This document shows, in pieces, positions 29,259 through 40,306 of a stretch of DNA of 64,000 bases (position 1 is the first letter of the stretch; each line of letters starts with the position of its first letter). The stretch is taken from positions 192,001-256,000 of the forward strand of contig JBGARZ010000004.1 of the NCBI GenBank assembly GCA_044229975.1. The letters run 5' to 3'. The notes below the pieces were generated by a model. That model did not search any database and was not told the DNA's origin. It was given only the letters and a program-made list of their open reading frames with translations. The translations under genes and the position numbers were made by a program. The DNA is from Polyangiales bacterium. GTDB lineage: Bacteria > Myxococcota_A > Polyangia > Polyangiales > Ga0077539.

Positions 29259-30176
29259 GTGGGTCGCGTCCCATCAGCCCTGGGTCTTGTAGCGTTGGCG
29301 CTGCTCGCGGCGGGGTGCGAGCGACCACGCACCGAGATCGTCGTGAGCGTCGACTCCGAGCTCCCATGGGGCGACGGTCAGATGGTGCAGTCCGTCGTGC
29401 TCACGGTGCGCCGAGGCGGGCACACCGGTCCGCTTCGTAGCGTGCGCGCGACGGCGTTGGGTGTCGGGCGCGAGCGGCTGCCGCTGTCCGTGGGCGTGAT
29501 CGCGGCCGACGACGACACCGACACGCCAGTGTGGATCGAAGCGCTGGGATGCAGCGGCCCCAACGGGTGTACGACGGACGACGCGCGGGTGGCGCAGCGC
29601 GCGCTGGTGCGTTTCGTGCGCGGGCAGACGATGGAGCTTCCGCTGCTGCTCGCGGCGGCGTGCACCAGGGCGTCGTGCGCAGGTGACCAGCGGTGCGCGC
29701 CGACGACGGGGCAGTGCGAGGCGGCGACGCGGGCGCAGGAGGAGGTGCGGCCGTTCAATGGAATCGACGCATCGGTGGGGACGGATGTGGCGGTGCACGT
29801 GGATGGGGTGGTCGTGGGTGATGACGTGGGCGCGATCGACGCAGGCGCGGACGTCGCGACGATCGTCGATGCGTCGTTCGTGGACGTAGGCGCAACGGAC
29901 ACTGGACTGGTAGACGCCGAGAGAGCGGACGTTGGGCCAGTCGGCGGCGACGTGCGGGATGTGGGCGTCGTCGACACGGGGGAGGCAGGAGCGTCTGTCA
30001 CTTGCGGGAGTGGCTTGACGATTACGACCTGCGCTGGTCGCTACGCGTGTTGCGTCAACGTGTCTATACCGACGGACGGCGGGTCGATTCCGTTCGCTTC
30101 GCTCTGCGGTTGTCAGGTGCGCGCTGGACCCACTGTGTTGTCCTGCGCGCCGAGTGGGATCGCGAGCTGCGACTGA
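29259..30176 (+). CDS. Hypothetical lipoprotein, paralogue of the N-terminal domain of 3113-5494
   Basis: Lipobox AAGC; TEIVVSVDSEL...LPLSVG...RALVRFV...L...C aligns with TQLLVLIDSDL...LPISFG...RSALVGFV...L...C. Confidence 0.72.
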   Translation: MGRVPSALGLVALALLAAGCERPRTEIVVSVDSELPWGDGQMVQSVVLTVRRGGHTGPLRSVRATALGVGRERLPLSVGVIAADDDTDTPVWIEALGCSGPNGCTTDDARVAQRALVRFVRGQTMELPLLLAAACTRASCAGDQRCAPTTGQCEAATRAQEEVRPFNGIDASVGTDVAVHVDGVVVGDDVGAIDAGADVATIVDASFVDVGATDTGLVDAERADVGPVGGDVRDVGVVDTGEAGASVTCGSGLTITTCAGRYACCVNVSIPTDGGSIPFASLCGCQVRAGPTVLSCAPSGIASCD

Positions 30177-30181
30177 CCCGC

Positions 30182-30310
30182 GGCGACTGCGGGCCTGACC
30201 GTTGCGCGCCGCGCTGACGCCGCGGCGTGGGCCCTGGCGACCGCGGGCCTGACCGTTGCGCGCCGCGCTGACGCCGCGGCGTGGGCCCTTGCGACCCTCG
30301 CGCCCTTGCG
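30182..30310. repeat. Two tandem 54-bp units, each containing the inverted REP-like repeat, plus 24 bp shared with the 18240 MITE
   Basis: Units 30182-30235 and 30236-30289; ccttgcgaccctcgcgcccttgcg at 30287-30310 equals 18396-18419. Confidence 0.85.
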
Positions 30311-30330
30311 GCCTCTCCTCCCCCAACCAC

Positions 30331-31194
30331 TCACCCTCGCTCGCGTTCTCTCCTCCGTCGTCGCACCAGCGCCGCGAGCCCGACCGCCCACCACCACCCG
30401 ATCGCTCCCTCCTGCCCGCGCGTCCCGCTCGCCACGCACGACAGCCCGCTGCCCTCGTACGTCAGCCGCCCCGGGTCCGGCTCGCACACCGCGCGCACGG
30501 CCGCCGGGTACACCGCGCACAGCCCCGCGCGATCGTCCTCCGTCGGAACCCTCCGCCGCTCGCCCCGCCCCGCCGAGTACCACATCACGGCGCTCCGTTC
30601 GGCCGAGTGCGCGAGCCCCTGCGTGTGCCCGAACTCGTGCGTGATGATCGTCGCGAGGTCGGCCGCCTCGGCGCCCCCGTCCGTCGCGAAGAGAAAGCCG
30701 CCCGGGTTGCGCGGCCCGCGCAGGTTGAGCTCGGTGTCGGCGTCGAGAATCGACCCGCTCGGCGACGAGAACGTCACGATGGTGATCGCCGCCGCCTCGG
30801 GCGCGTGGAAGACGTCGTCGCCCCAGTGGTCGCGGAAGGTCACCGTGTTGAGGTTGGCCCTGCCCTCGAAGTACCCGACCGGCGCCGCCACGTCGTCGAG
30901 CACCGTCATCACGAAGTTCGCGCCCAGCGTCGACCCCGGGCACAGCGACGACGACCACGCCGCCGCCGCGTCCACCACCTGCTGGTGAAACGCCGCCGCC
31001 GTGAGGTCGGTCGGAAGCACTCGATGATCGGGCCGCAGCGACGTACACGCGCGCTGCCACGCGATGGGGGTGCCGCCGGGCGGGCATGCCGTGGGGTCGT
31101 TCTGCGCGCCGTTGGTGGTCGTGCGGCAGTAGGCGTGCGCGACCGTTGGCAGGGACAGCAGGGCGGTCATCAAGAGGGGCGTCGCGCGCTTCAC
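30331..31194 (-). CDS. Matrixin-family (M10-like) zinc metalloprotease with MYXO-CTERM sorting signal
   Basis: AHA|YCRT signal, ILDADTELN, HEFGHTQGLAH, AVMW Met-turn, C-terminal GLSC...hydrophobic...RRRRR. Confidence 0.88.
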   Translation of the reverse strand: MKRATPLLMTALLSLPTVAHAYCRTTTNGAQNDPTACPPGGTPIAWQRACTSLRPDHRVLPTDLTAAAFHQQVVDAAAAWSSSLCPGSTLGANFVMTVLDDVAAPVGYFEGRANLNTVTFRDHWGDDVFHAPEAAAITIVTFSSPSGSILDADTELNLRGPRNPGGFLFATDGGAEAADLATIITHEFGHTQGLAHSAERSAVMWYSAGRGERRRVPTEDDRAGLCAVYPAAVRAVCEPDPGRLTYEGSGLSCVASGTRGQEGAIGWWWAVGLAALVRRRRRERERG

Positions 31195-31213
31195 GATGGT
31201 CGATGGTGGCGCG

Positions 31214-31813
31214 TCAGCGGGGCATCGCGCGCACGAGCGCGGCGAAGGTTTCGAGGCGCACCCCACCCGACGGAACCTCTCCCAGCACAGCCCCCACCAC
31301 CGGCGCGGGAGTGCGCGGGTCGGCGATGAGCGTGACGCCCTCGGTCGAAGCCGGTCGCACCATGGCGAGGTGGGTCACCGGGTCGAGCGTGACCGGGAGC
31401 TGACCGAGGCACAGGCCCGCGACGGTGAACTCACCCGCAGCAGTGCGGCGCAGCAGCACGACCCACGCGCCGCCGGGCCCGAAGTCGGGCGCGCCGGGGA
31501 GGTGCTGGGTGATGCCACCGATGGTTCCGCCGGGCAGTGACAGCGTGAGAGAGCCGGGTGCGAGAGAGCCGCGCAGCGTCTCGACGACGGTGACCTCGAC
31601 GCGGGTGACGATGCGCCCGTCGACCCAGCGGGCCGTGCGAACCGGGGCGGCGCTGGTGGTGATGACGGCGACGGCGTCGGCCTCGCGCACCATCACATCG
31701 AGCGGGCGCGCGACGAGCGTGGTGCCCGACGCGGACGGCGCGACGGCGGACGAGAGGGCAGCGCAGAGCGCGGCGACGAGCCAGCGGCGGCGGTGGGGGA
31801 GGGGGAGCGGCAC
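31214..31813 (-). CDS. Secreted hypothetical protein, upstream partner of the matrixin
   Basis: Signal peptide; 'RIVTRVEVTVVETLRG...LPGGTIGG...PGAPDF' pattern. Confidence 0.7.
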   Translation of the reverse strand: MPLPLPHRRRWLVAALCAALSSAVAPSASGTTLVARPLDVMVREADAVAVITTSAAPVRTARWVDGRIVTRVEVTVVETLRGSLAPGSLTLSLPGGTIGGITQHLPGAPDFGPGGAWVVLLRRTAAGEFTVAGLCLGQLPVTLDPVTHLAMVRPASTEGVTLIADPRTPAPVVGAVLGEVPSGGVRLETFAALVRAMPR

Positions 31814-31973
31814 CGGCAGAGCTTCTACGATGGTTTCGGGGTCGGATGGATGTCGGCGCGGGGCGACAGAATCACTACGCAGCGCGTCGGAGAACACCAT
31901 CGCGAGGGGTCATCGCACAACCCTCCATCGACTCCGTTGACATCGACCGTGCAATGGGACTAACCCCGTCGCC

Positions 31974-33029
31974 ATGCGACGATTTCACACGGGGTTTCTG
32001 GTCGCGGCCATCGCGACCGGGCAGTTGGGCTGCGCCAAGATGATCGCTGGTTCGACGGCGCGCGTGATGAACCAGGCTTCGCCTGCCATCCAGGCGTTTG
32101 CCGACCCGGCCATCGCCGAGGCGTCGCTCCCGTACTCCATCACCCAGATGGAAGGTCTCCTCCTCATCATTCCGCAGAACCAGATGCTGCGCACCAACCT
32201 GGCGCGCGCGCTCGGTTCGTTCGGCTTCGGGTTTCTCGAAGACCGCATGGAGGAGGCCGAGGTCGCCGACGACGAGGCGCGCATCGAGTACTACCGCAAC
32301 CGCGCGACCATCTCGTACCTCCGCGGCAAGGAGGTGGGCATGGAGTCGCTCACCATCGAGGAGGACGGCGACGGCGGCGCCAACGGCGCGTACCACCGCG
32401 GCATCGAGGCGTGGCGCTCGTACCTCCAGCGCTTCGACGACGTCGAGCAGACCGGCATGGTCTTCTGGCTCGGCTACAACTGGGCGCGCCACATCAGCCT
32501 CAACAAGGACAACCCCGACGTCCTGGCCGACCTGCCCTTCGCCATCGCGTGCTTCGAGCGCGTCTTCCAGCTCGACCCGACCTTCAACAACTACGCGCCG
32601 TACGTCGCCATGGGCTCGTACCACGCCCGCGCTGCGGCCTCCCTCGGCGGCGACCCGGTGCAGGCGCGGCAGATGTTCGAGACGGCCATCCAGCGCACCG
32701 GCGGCAACTTCCTCACCTACAAGGTGATGATGGCCCGCGTGTACGCCGTGATGGTGCAAGACCGCGCGCTCTACACCCGCCTCCTCCAGGAGGTCATCGA
32801 CGCGGGCGACGTGATGCCCGAGCAGCGCCTCGCCAACCAGATCGCCAAGCGCCGCGCGCGCCGCTACCTCGCGCAGGTCGACGACCTCATCGCCCCGGCC
32901 GACCCGGCGGGCGATGCCCCCGCGGGTGACGCTCCCGCGGGTGATGCCCCGGCCGACCCGGCCGCGACCCCGCCCGCCGAGGGCGCCGCCCCGGCGACGC
33001 CCGCTCCCGCTGCCACCCCTGCCCCGTAG
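31974..33029 (+). CDS. TRAP transporter TatT-like lipoprotein
   Basis: Lipobox QLGC; DPAIAEASLP, LGGDP, NQIAKRRA; directly upstream of a DctP-like gene; ttgaca at 31937. Confidence 0.8.
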   Translation: MRRFHTGFLVAAIATGQLGCAKMIAGSTARVMNQASPAIQAFADPAIAEASLPYSITQMEGLLLIIPQNQMLRTNLARALGSFGFGFLEDRMEEAEVADDEARIEYYRNRATISYLRGKEVGMESLTIEEDGDGGANGAYHRGIEAWRSYLQRFDDVEQTGMVFWLGYNWARHISLNKDNPDVLADLPFAIACFERVFQLDPTFNNYAPYVAMGSYHARAAASLGGDPVQARQMFETAIQRTGGNFLTYKVMMARVYAVMVQDRALYTRLLQEVIDAGDVMPEQRLANQIAKRRARRYLAQVDDLIAPADPAGDAPAGDAPAGDAPADPAATPPAEGAAPATPAPAATPAP

Positions 33030-33100
33030 TGAATCAACGTCCCGGCCGGCTACGTCTGGCTTCGGGATTCGCAAGCCTCTCTTCCTCAGGAGTACACACC

Positions 33101-34120
33101 ATGAAGCGCTATCGATTGGCTCTGTTGGCGGTCGGTTTCGGGGCCCTCGGCGCCCTCTTCGCGGGTCGCGCCGTCGAGGCGCAGCCGGCGCCGGAGCCCG
33201 CCGCCACGCGAACGCTCTCCCTCGCGACGCTCGCCCCCGCGGGCTCCACCTGGATGCGCGTGCTCGAAGCGTGGAACCGCGAGCTCCGCCGCCGCACCAA
33301 CAAGGCCCTCTCGCTGCGCATCTACCCGGGCGGCGTGCAGGGTGACGAGTCCGAGGTGGTCCGCAAGATCCGCGCGGGTCGCCTCGACGCGGGCTCGGTC
33401 ACCGCCGTCGGTCTCGCGCAGGTGCACCGCCCGTCGCTGGTGTTCCAGATGCCGGGGATGTTTCGCTCGTACGCGCAGCTCGACGCGGCGCGCGCGGGCA
33501 CCAACGCCGACATCGTGCGGGCCTTCGACACGGCGGGCTTCGCGTTCATGGGCTGGGCCGACGTGGGCTTCGGGCGCATCTTCTCGCGCACCGCCATCCG
33601 CACCCCGGCCGACATGCGCACCACGCACCCGTACGTCTGGCGCGACGACCTCGTGATGCCGGCGTTCTACGAGGCCGCCAGCGTGCAGCCCGTGCGCATG
33701 CAGCTCCCCGAGGTGCTCACGGCGCTCCAGACCAACCGCGTCGACTCGTTCATCACCTCGCCGGTCGCGGCGGTGTCGTTGCAGTGGACGACGCGCGCCA
33801 CGCACATGCTCGACATGCCCACCAACGTCATCGTGGGCGCGACCATCTTCGGGAAGAACCAGCTCAACTCCCTCCCCGCCGACCAGCAGGCCATCCTGCG
33901 CGAGACGGCCACGCAGTTTCACCAGCTGCTCATCCAGAACCTCCGCCGCGACGAGCAGGCCGCCGTGCGCACCATCGGCAGCCGCGGCATCACCGTGACC
34001 ACCGTCGGCGACACCGAGCGCGCCCAGTGGAACGAAGTCTTCACCCGCACCCGCGCCCGCCTCGTCGGCCGCATCGCCGACCAGGCGTTCATCTCGCGCG
34101 TCGAAGGCCTCGCGCACTGA
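33101..34120 (+). CDS. dctP: TRAP transporter substrate-binding protein (DctP/TatP type)
   Basis: LATLAPAGSTW, YPGGVQGDE, KIRAGRLD, EVLTALQT. Confidence 0.88.
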   Translation: MKRYRLALLAVGFGALGALFAGRAVEAQPAPEPAATRTLSLATLAPAGSTWMRVLEAWNRELRRRTNKALSLRIYPGGVQGDESEVVRKIRAGRLDAGSVTAVGLAQVHRPSLVFQMPGMFRSYAQLDAARAGTNADIVRAFDTAGFAFMGWADVGFGRIFSRTAIRTPADMRTTHPYVWRDDLVMPAFYEAASVQPVRMQLPEVLTALQTNRVDSFITSPVAAVSLQWTTRATHMLDMPTNVIVGATIFGKNQLNSLPADQQAILRETATQFHQLLIQNLRRDEQAAVRTIGSRGITVTTVGDTERAQWNEVFTRTRARLVGRIADQAFISRVEGLAH

Positions 34121-34187
34121 CCCCGAGAGGGTCATCCACCCTCTCCACCTTTCCCTCCTCTCCACCATCAGATTGAACGGTCGCGGA

Positions 34188-34220
34188 TGCGCGCCGCGCT
34201 GACGCTGCGGCGTGGGCCCT
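34188..34220. repeat. REP-like palindromic repeat copy
   Basis: tgcgcgccgcgctgacgctgcggcgtgggccct, 1 mismatch to the 30182 unit. Confidence 0.8.
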
Positions 34221-34319
34221 GCCGGGCGTCGACGTGGAACGTTGCCCACCCTTCGTGTCGATTGTGATAGTTCAGACGACTCCCGGGGTCTCCGGTGCGA
34301 CCCCACACAACAGGTCCTC

Positions 34320-34994
34320 ATGGCGAGCAACGACAACACCCCCGAGAACAACTCCACCGACGCTCCTGGCAACGCGCCGGAGACCCCGGAGACCGCCGCG
34401 ACCACCAGCCCCGCGGGCGCCAGCACCCCGCCCCCGGCCGCGCCCGCCAGCGTGATTCCGCCGCCGGTCACCCCGAGCGCCGCGCCCCCGGCCATCGACC
34501 CGCTCGTCGCCATGACGGCCGAGCGCGACAAGATGAAAGACCAGCTCCTTCGCACGCTCGCGGACTTCGACAACTACCGCAAGCGCAGCAAGCGCGACGA
34601 GGCCGACGCCCTCAACCGCGGCCGCGAGAAGGTGTTCACCGAGCTCCTGCCGGTGTTCGACAACCTCGAGCGCGCGGCGAGCTACGCCAAGACGGGCGCC
34701 GACGCGAAGGCCATCGCGGACGGTGTCGGCATGGTGCACAAGCTCTTCGAGGACACCCTCGTTCGCCTGGGCGGTCAGCGCCTGAAGAGCCTCGGCCAGC
34801 CCTTCGACCCGAACATCCACGAGGCCATCCAGCAGGTGGAGAGCGCCGAGTACCCCGCTGGCATCGTCGCGCTCGAACTCGTGGCGGGCTACCAGCTCGG
34901 CGAGCGGCTGCTGCGGCCTGCGATGGTGGCGGTGTCCAAGGGCGCGCCCGCCGCGGCGCCCGCGCCGAGCGACGACGACAGCAACGCAAACTGA
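34320..34994 (+). CDS. grpE: Nucleotide exchange factor GrpE
   Basis: RTLADFDNYRKR, LLPVFDNLERA, FDPNIHEA, GYQLGERLLRPAMVAV. Confidence 0.97.
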   Translation: MASNDNTPENNSTDAPGNAPETPETAATTSPAGASTPPPAAPASVIPPPVTPSAAPPAIDPLVAMTAERDKMKDQLLRTLADFDNYRKRSKRDEADALNRGREKVFTELLPVFDNLERAASYAKTGADAKAIADGVGMVHKLFEDTLVRLGGQRLKSLGQPFDPNIHEAIQQVESAEYPAGIVALELVAGYQLGERLLRPAMVAVSKGAPAAAPAPSDDDSNAN

Positions 34995-35009
34995 GGGGGC
35001 GAAACAGTC

Positions 35010-36821
<1,812 letters not shown>

Positions 36822-36907
36822 CAGCCCTCGCCCGCCTTGACCAGCCGCGGGGTTCCGGGCTACGGCCTCGGGCCGTGCGCAGACCCGTCCAACACTGGTT
36901 GCCTGCC

Positions 36908-37990
36908 ATGGTCGTGGGGCTGCTCCTCACGGCCACCGCTCCGTCCCCCGCGCGCGCCCAGGTGACGGGCACCGCCGACCCCACGGTGCACGTCGTCCAG
37001 CGCAACGAGTCGCTCTCCCTCATCGCTGCGATGCACCACGTCCGCGTGGCCGACCTCGCGTCGCGCAACCACCTCCACGAGCCCTACGCCCTGCGCCACA
37101 ACCAGCGCCTGCGGCTCCCCAGCAACGCCACCACCACGGCCGCCGCTCCGACCACCGCCGCCGCTCCCGCGACGCGCGGCCACGGCGAGAGCATGACCGC
37201 CGTGCGCCCCGCGCTGCTCTCCTCGCGCCCGGCTCCTGCGCCCGCGCCCGTTCGTCCCGCGCCCGTCGTGCGTCGCATCGTCGACCCGCCCCGCGGCAGC
37301 CGCGCGTGCGGCCGATGGGGGTGTCCGCGTCGCCCCGGCATCGTCAGCCTCTCGCGCCTCGCCACGGGCCAGCAGGTGACCGCCAACCTCCGCCGCCCCG
37401 GCCGCAACGTGCTCGGAACCATGCGCAGCTTCCTGCGCTCCACCGACGGGCGCACCCACAACATCGACCCGCGGCTGCTCCGTCAGCTCGCGCTCTTCAG
37501 CGACCACTTCGGCGGGCGCGTGCTGGAGGTCATCTCGGGCTTCCGCCCGGTGCGCCGCGGGCAGCACACGGCCCACTCCAACCACAACGTCGGCCACGCC
37601 GTGGACTTCCGCGTGCGCGGCGTCCCCAACCACGTCACCCGCGACTTCTGCCGAACCATCCCCAACACGGGGTGCGGGTTCTATCCGCGGTCGGTGTTCA
37701 TCCACATGGACGTGCGGTCGTCGTCGGCCTATTGGGTCGACTGGTCGCGCCCGGGGCAGCGTCCCATCTACGGCCGCGAGGGGCACCCGCCCCCGGAGCC
37801 CTCTCGCACCGGGTCCGCTCCCGCGCGCGACACCACCGCGGATGCTCTCCCGCCCGCGGGCGCCGACCCCGAGCTCGACGACGTCATCGCCGACGCGCCC
37901 ACCGTGCGCGACGCCACGCCCGACCCCGACGACGAACACGACACCGCCCCGGCGCCCAACTCCGCCCCGGCGGGCGCGCCGTCGCCGTGA
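36908..37990 (+). CDS. LysM + YcbK/DUF882 (peptidase M15A-like) cell-wall endopeptidase
   Basis: Signal ARA|Q; LysM HVVQRNESLSLIA; IDPRLL, ISGFR, SNHNVGHAVD, GFYPRSVFIHMD. Confidence 0.85.
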   Translation: MVVGLLLTATAPSPARAQVTGTADPTVHVVQRNESLSLIAAMHHVRVADLASRNHLHEPYALRHNQRLRLPSNATTTAAAPTTAAAPATRGHGESMTAVRPALLSSRPAPAPAPVRPAPVVRRIVDPPRGSRACGRWGCPRRPGIVSLSRLATGQQVTANLRRPGRNVLGTMRSFLRSTDGRTHNIDPRLLRQLALFSDHFGGRVLEVISGFRPVRRGQHTAHSNHNVGHAVDFRVRGVPNHVTRDFCRTIPNTGCGFYPRSVFIHMDVRSSSAYWVDWSRPGQRPIYGREGHPPPEPSRTGSAPARDTTADALPPAGADPELDDVIADAPTVRDATPDPDDEHDTAPAPNSAPAGAPSP

Positions 37991-38084
37991 CATAACCCGT
38001 CCGACGCTCTCTCCTCCCCTCGTTGCGTGGGCCGTGCGGCGCACGCATGGTCTCGCGCTGACTTCACGCGCACCCTGAAGACGA

Positions 38085-40196
38085 ATGGCACGCACCAAGA
38101 CCGCCCCGACCCGGAAGACCCCCGCGACCACCACCACACCCTACGACGTCGTGGTGCTGTGGACGGCGAGGGCCATCGTGCACACCGACACGTTCCGGTA
38201 CTTCCTCCACGACGACGGGGACGACCGCTCGCCGCTCGACGTCATCGGGCTCGCGCACCTGCGCGACGAGGCCGTCACGCCCGCGCGGGCCAAGCGCGAG
38301 ATTCGCGATCGGCTCAAGGTGTTGGAGAAGGCGAAGGTCACGCGGGAGGGCGTTCTCTTCCGCAACGTGGAGACGCTGGGGCGGCTCCTGTCGCTCACCG
38401 TCGCCGAGCAGGAGGTGCTCGCCTTCGCCATCGTGCTCGACATCCAGAAGTCGCTTCAGGCGTGCTTCGAGCGGCTGGAGGGACTCTCGCTGCGCAAGCT
38501 CCACGAGCTGCTCGGGCAGGTGCTGGGTCTGCCCGAAAACGACGTGCGCGACGCCCTCAAGCGAACGGCGCCGCTGGCCTCGACGGGGCTCGTGCGCGTG
38601 GCGACGGACGTGCGCCGCACCTGGGACGATCCCTTCGAGGTGATGGACGGCCTCGAGAACATCCTGCTCACCGAGTACGAGACGCCCGAAGCCATCCTCG
38701 CCAACTTCTTCCGTCACTCGCCGCCGGCGAAGCTCACGCTGGAGGACTTCCCGCACGCCTCGCAGGACGTCGGGATCCTGGTTCGCTTCCTTCAAGGGGC
38801 GATCGAGAAGCAGGTGTCGGGGGTCAACGTGCTGCTGCACGGGCTGCCAGGGACGGGCAAGACCGAGCTCGCGCGCGCCCTCGCGGCGCACCTGAAGGGG
38901 CAGCTCTACGAGGTCAACGTGGAGTCCGACGACGGGTCGGCCATCTCCGGGACGGGGCGCTTCGCGGCGTACCAGTTGTGCCAGCGCATGCTCGGTCGGC
39001 GGTCGCAGACCGTGGTGCTCTTCGACGAGATCGAGGACGTGTTTCCCGACCGTTGGTATCCGTTTTTCGGGCGGCAGAAGCGGTCGGGCGAGGACAAGGG
39101 GTGGACCAACCGCCTGTTGGAGGGCAACGCCGTCCCGACGCTGTGGCTGTCCAACGAGATCGGGCAGATCGACTCGGCCTTCCTGCGGCGCTTCGACTTC
39201 ATCTTCGAGCTGCGTACGCCGCCGCTCGCGGTGCGCCGGAAGATTCTCGAGAAGCAGTTGGGTCCGTTGCCCGCGCGCCCCGCGTGGACGCAGCGCATGG
39301 CCCACGACGAGCGGCTCACGCCCGCGCACATCGAGCGCGCGGTGCGCGTCGCGCGGCTGGCGGGCTACGAGAAGGCCGAGGAGGTGGAGCCGTGCCTCAC
39401 GCGGGTGCTCCAGAACAGCCTCGCGGTGCAGTCCCCCGAGCGACCGTCCGCGCCGTCGACGCCGGAGGTGTACGACCTGCGCTTCCTCAACGCGTCGGAC
39501 GACCTGTCGGCCCTGGTGGAGACCCTGGAGCGCCGCGCGCGTGACCAGGGCGCGCTGCACGGATCGATCTGCTTGTACGGGCCGCCGGGGACGGGGAAGA
39601 CGGCCTTTGCGCATCACCTCGCCGAGCGGGTGCAGCGGCCGCTGTTGATGAAGCGCGCGTCGGACATCCTCGGCCCCTTCGTGGGGCAGACGGAGGGCAA
39701 CCTCGCGGCGATGTTCCGTCAGGCGCGGGACGAGGGCGCGGTGTTGTTGCTCGATGAGGCCGACAGCTTCTTCCAGAACCGCCGCGGCGCGAGCCAGAGC
39801 TGGGAGGTCACGCAGGTCAACGAGCTGCTGGTGCAGATGGAGTCCTTCGAGGGGTTGTTCATCTGCTCGACCAACCTCTTCGAGCATCTCGATGAGGCGT
39901 CGCTGCGGCGCTTCACGCTGAAGATCAAGTTCGACCCGCTGCGCCCCGAGCAGCGCATGGCCCTCTTCGAGCGCACCCTCGACGCGCTCGGGCAGTCGCT
40001 CGCTCCCGACGCTGCGGCGGCGACGCGCGCGGCGCTCGACCAGCTCGCGACGCTCACGCCGGGCGACTTCGCGACGGTGCGACGGCAGGCGCTGCTGCTG
40101 GAGACGACCGTCGACGCGCGGGCGCTGCTCACCGCGCTGGAGCGCGAGTGCCGCAACAAGCCCAACGCCACGCGGGGGCGGTTGGGGTTCAACTGA
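38085..40196 (+). CDS. Double AAA+ ATPase (SpoVK/Vps4-like, two AAA domains)
   Basis: Walker A GLPGTGKT and GPPGTGKT; Walker B VLFDE and LLLDEAD; Arg fingers FLRRF and SLRRF; C-terminal LGF. Confidence 0.92.
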   Translation: MARTKTAPTRKTPATTTTPYDVVVLWTARAIVHTDTFRYFLHDDGDDRSPLDVIGLAHLRDEAVTPARAKREIRDRLKVLEKAKVTREGVLFRNVETLGRLLSLTVAEQEVLAFAIVLDIQKSLQACFERLEGLSLRKLHELLGQVLGLPENDVRDALKRTAPLASTGLVRVATDVRRTWDDPFEVMDGLENILLTEYETPEAILANFFRHSPPAKLTLEDFPHASQDVGILVRFLQGAIEKQVSGVNVLLHGLPGTGKTELARALAAHLKGQLYEVNVESDDGSAISGTGRFAAYQLCQRMLGRRSQTVVLFDEIEDVFPDRWYPFFGRQKRSGEDKGWTNRLLEGNAVPTLWLSNEIGQIDSAFLRRFDFIFELRTPPLAVRRKILEKQLGPLPARPAWTQRMAHDERLTPAHIERAVRVARLAGYEKAEEVEPCLTRVLQNSLAVQSPERPSAPSTPEVYDLRFLNASDDLSALVETLERRARDQGALHGSICLYGPPGTGKTAFAHHLAERVQRPLLMKRASDILGPFVGQTEGNLAAMFRQARDEGAVLLLDEADSFFQNRRGASQSWEVTQVNELLVQMESFEGLFICSTNLFEHLDEASLRRFTLKIKFDPLRPEQRMALFERTLDALGQSLAPDAAAATRAALDQLATLTPGDFATVRRQALLLETTVDARALLTALERECRNKPNATRGRLGFN

Positions 40197-40209
40197 CGTT
40201 GGCGCCCGG

Positions 40210-40233
40210 TTCCGTGGCCTTCAGGCCGCGGAA
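40210..40233 (+). terminator. Possible hairpin terminator after the AAA ATPase gene
   Basis: ttccgtggcc-ttca-ggccgcggaa stem-loop; no U-tract. Confidence 0.35.
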
Positions 40234-40306
40234 GCGAGACCTCGCCCACCCCCTGCTCACTTCTGGCCATTGATGGATCCATCACCTCCGGGGGACGGTG
40301 GCGCCC

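Noticed and set aside
34120..34320. CIRCE or heat-shock element before grpE
   Set aside because: No TTAGCACTC-N9-GAGTGCTAA; the region holds only the REP-like copy and a pyrimidine-rich tract.
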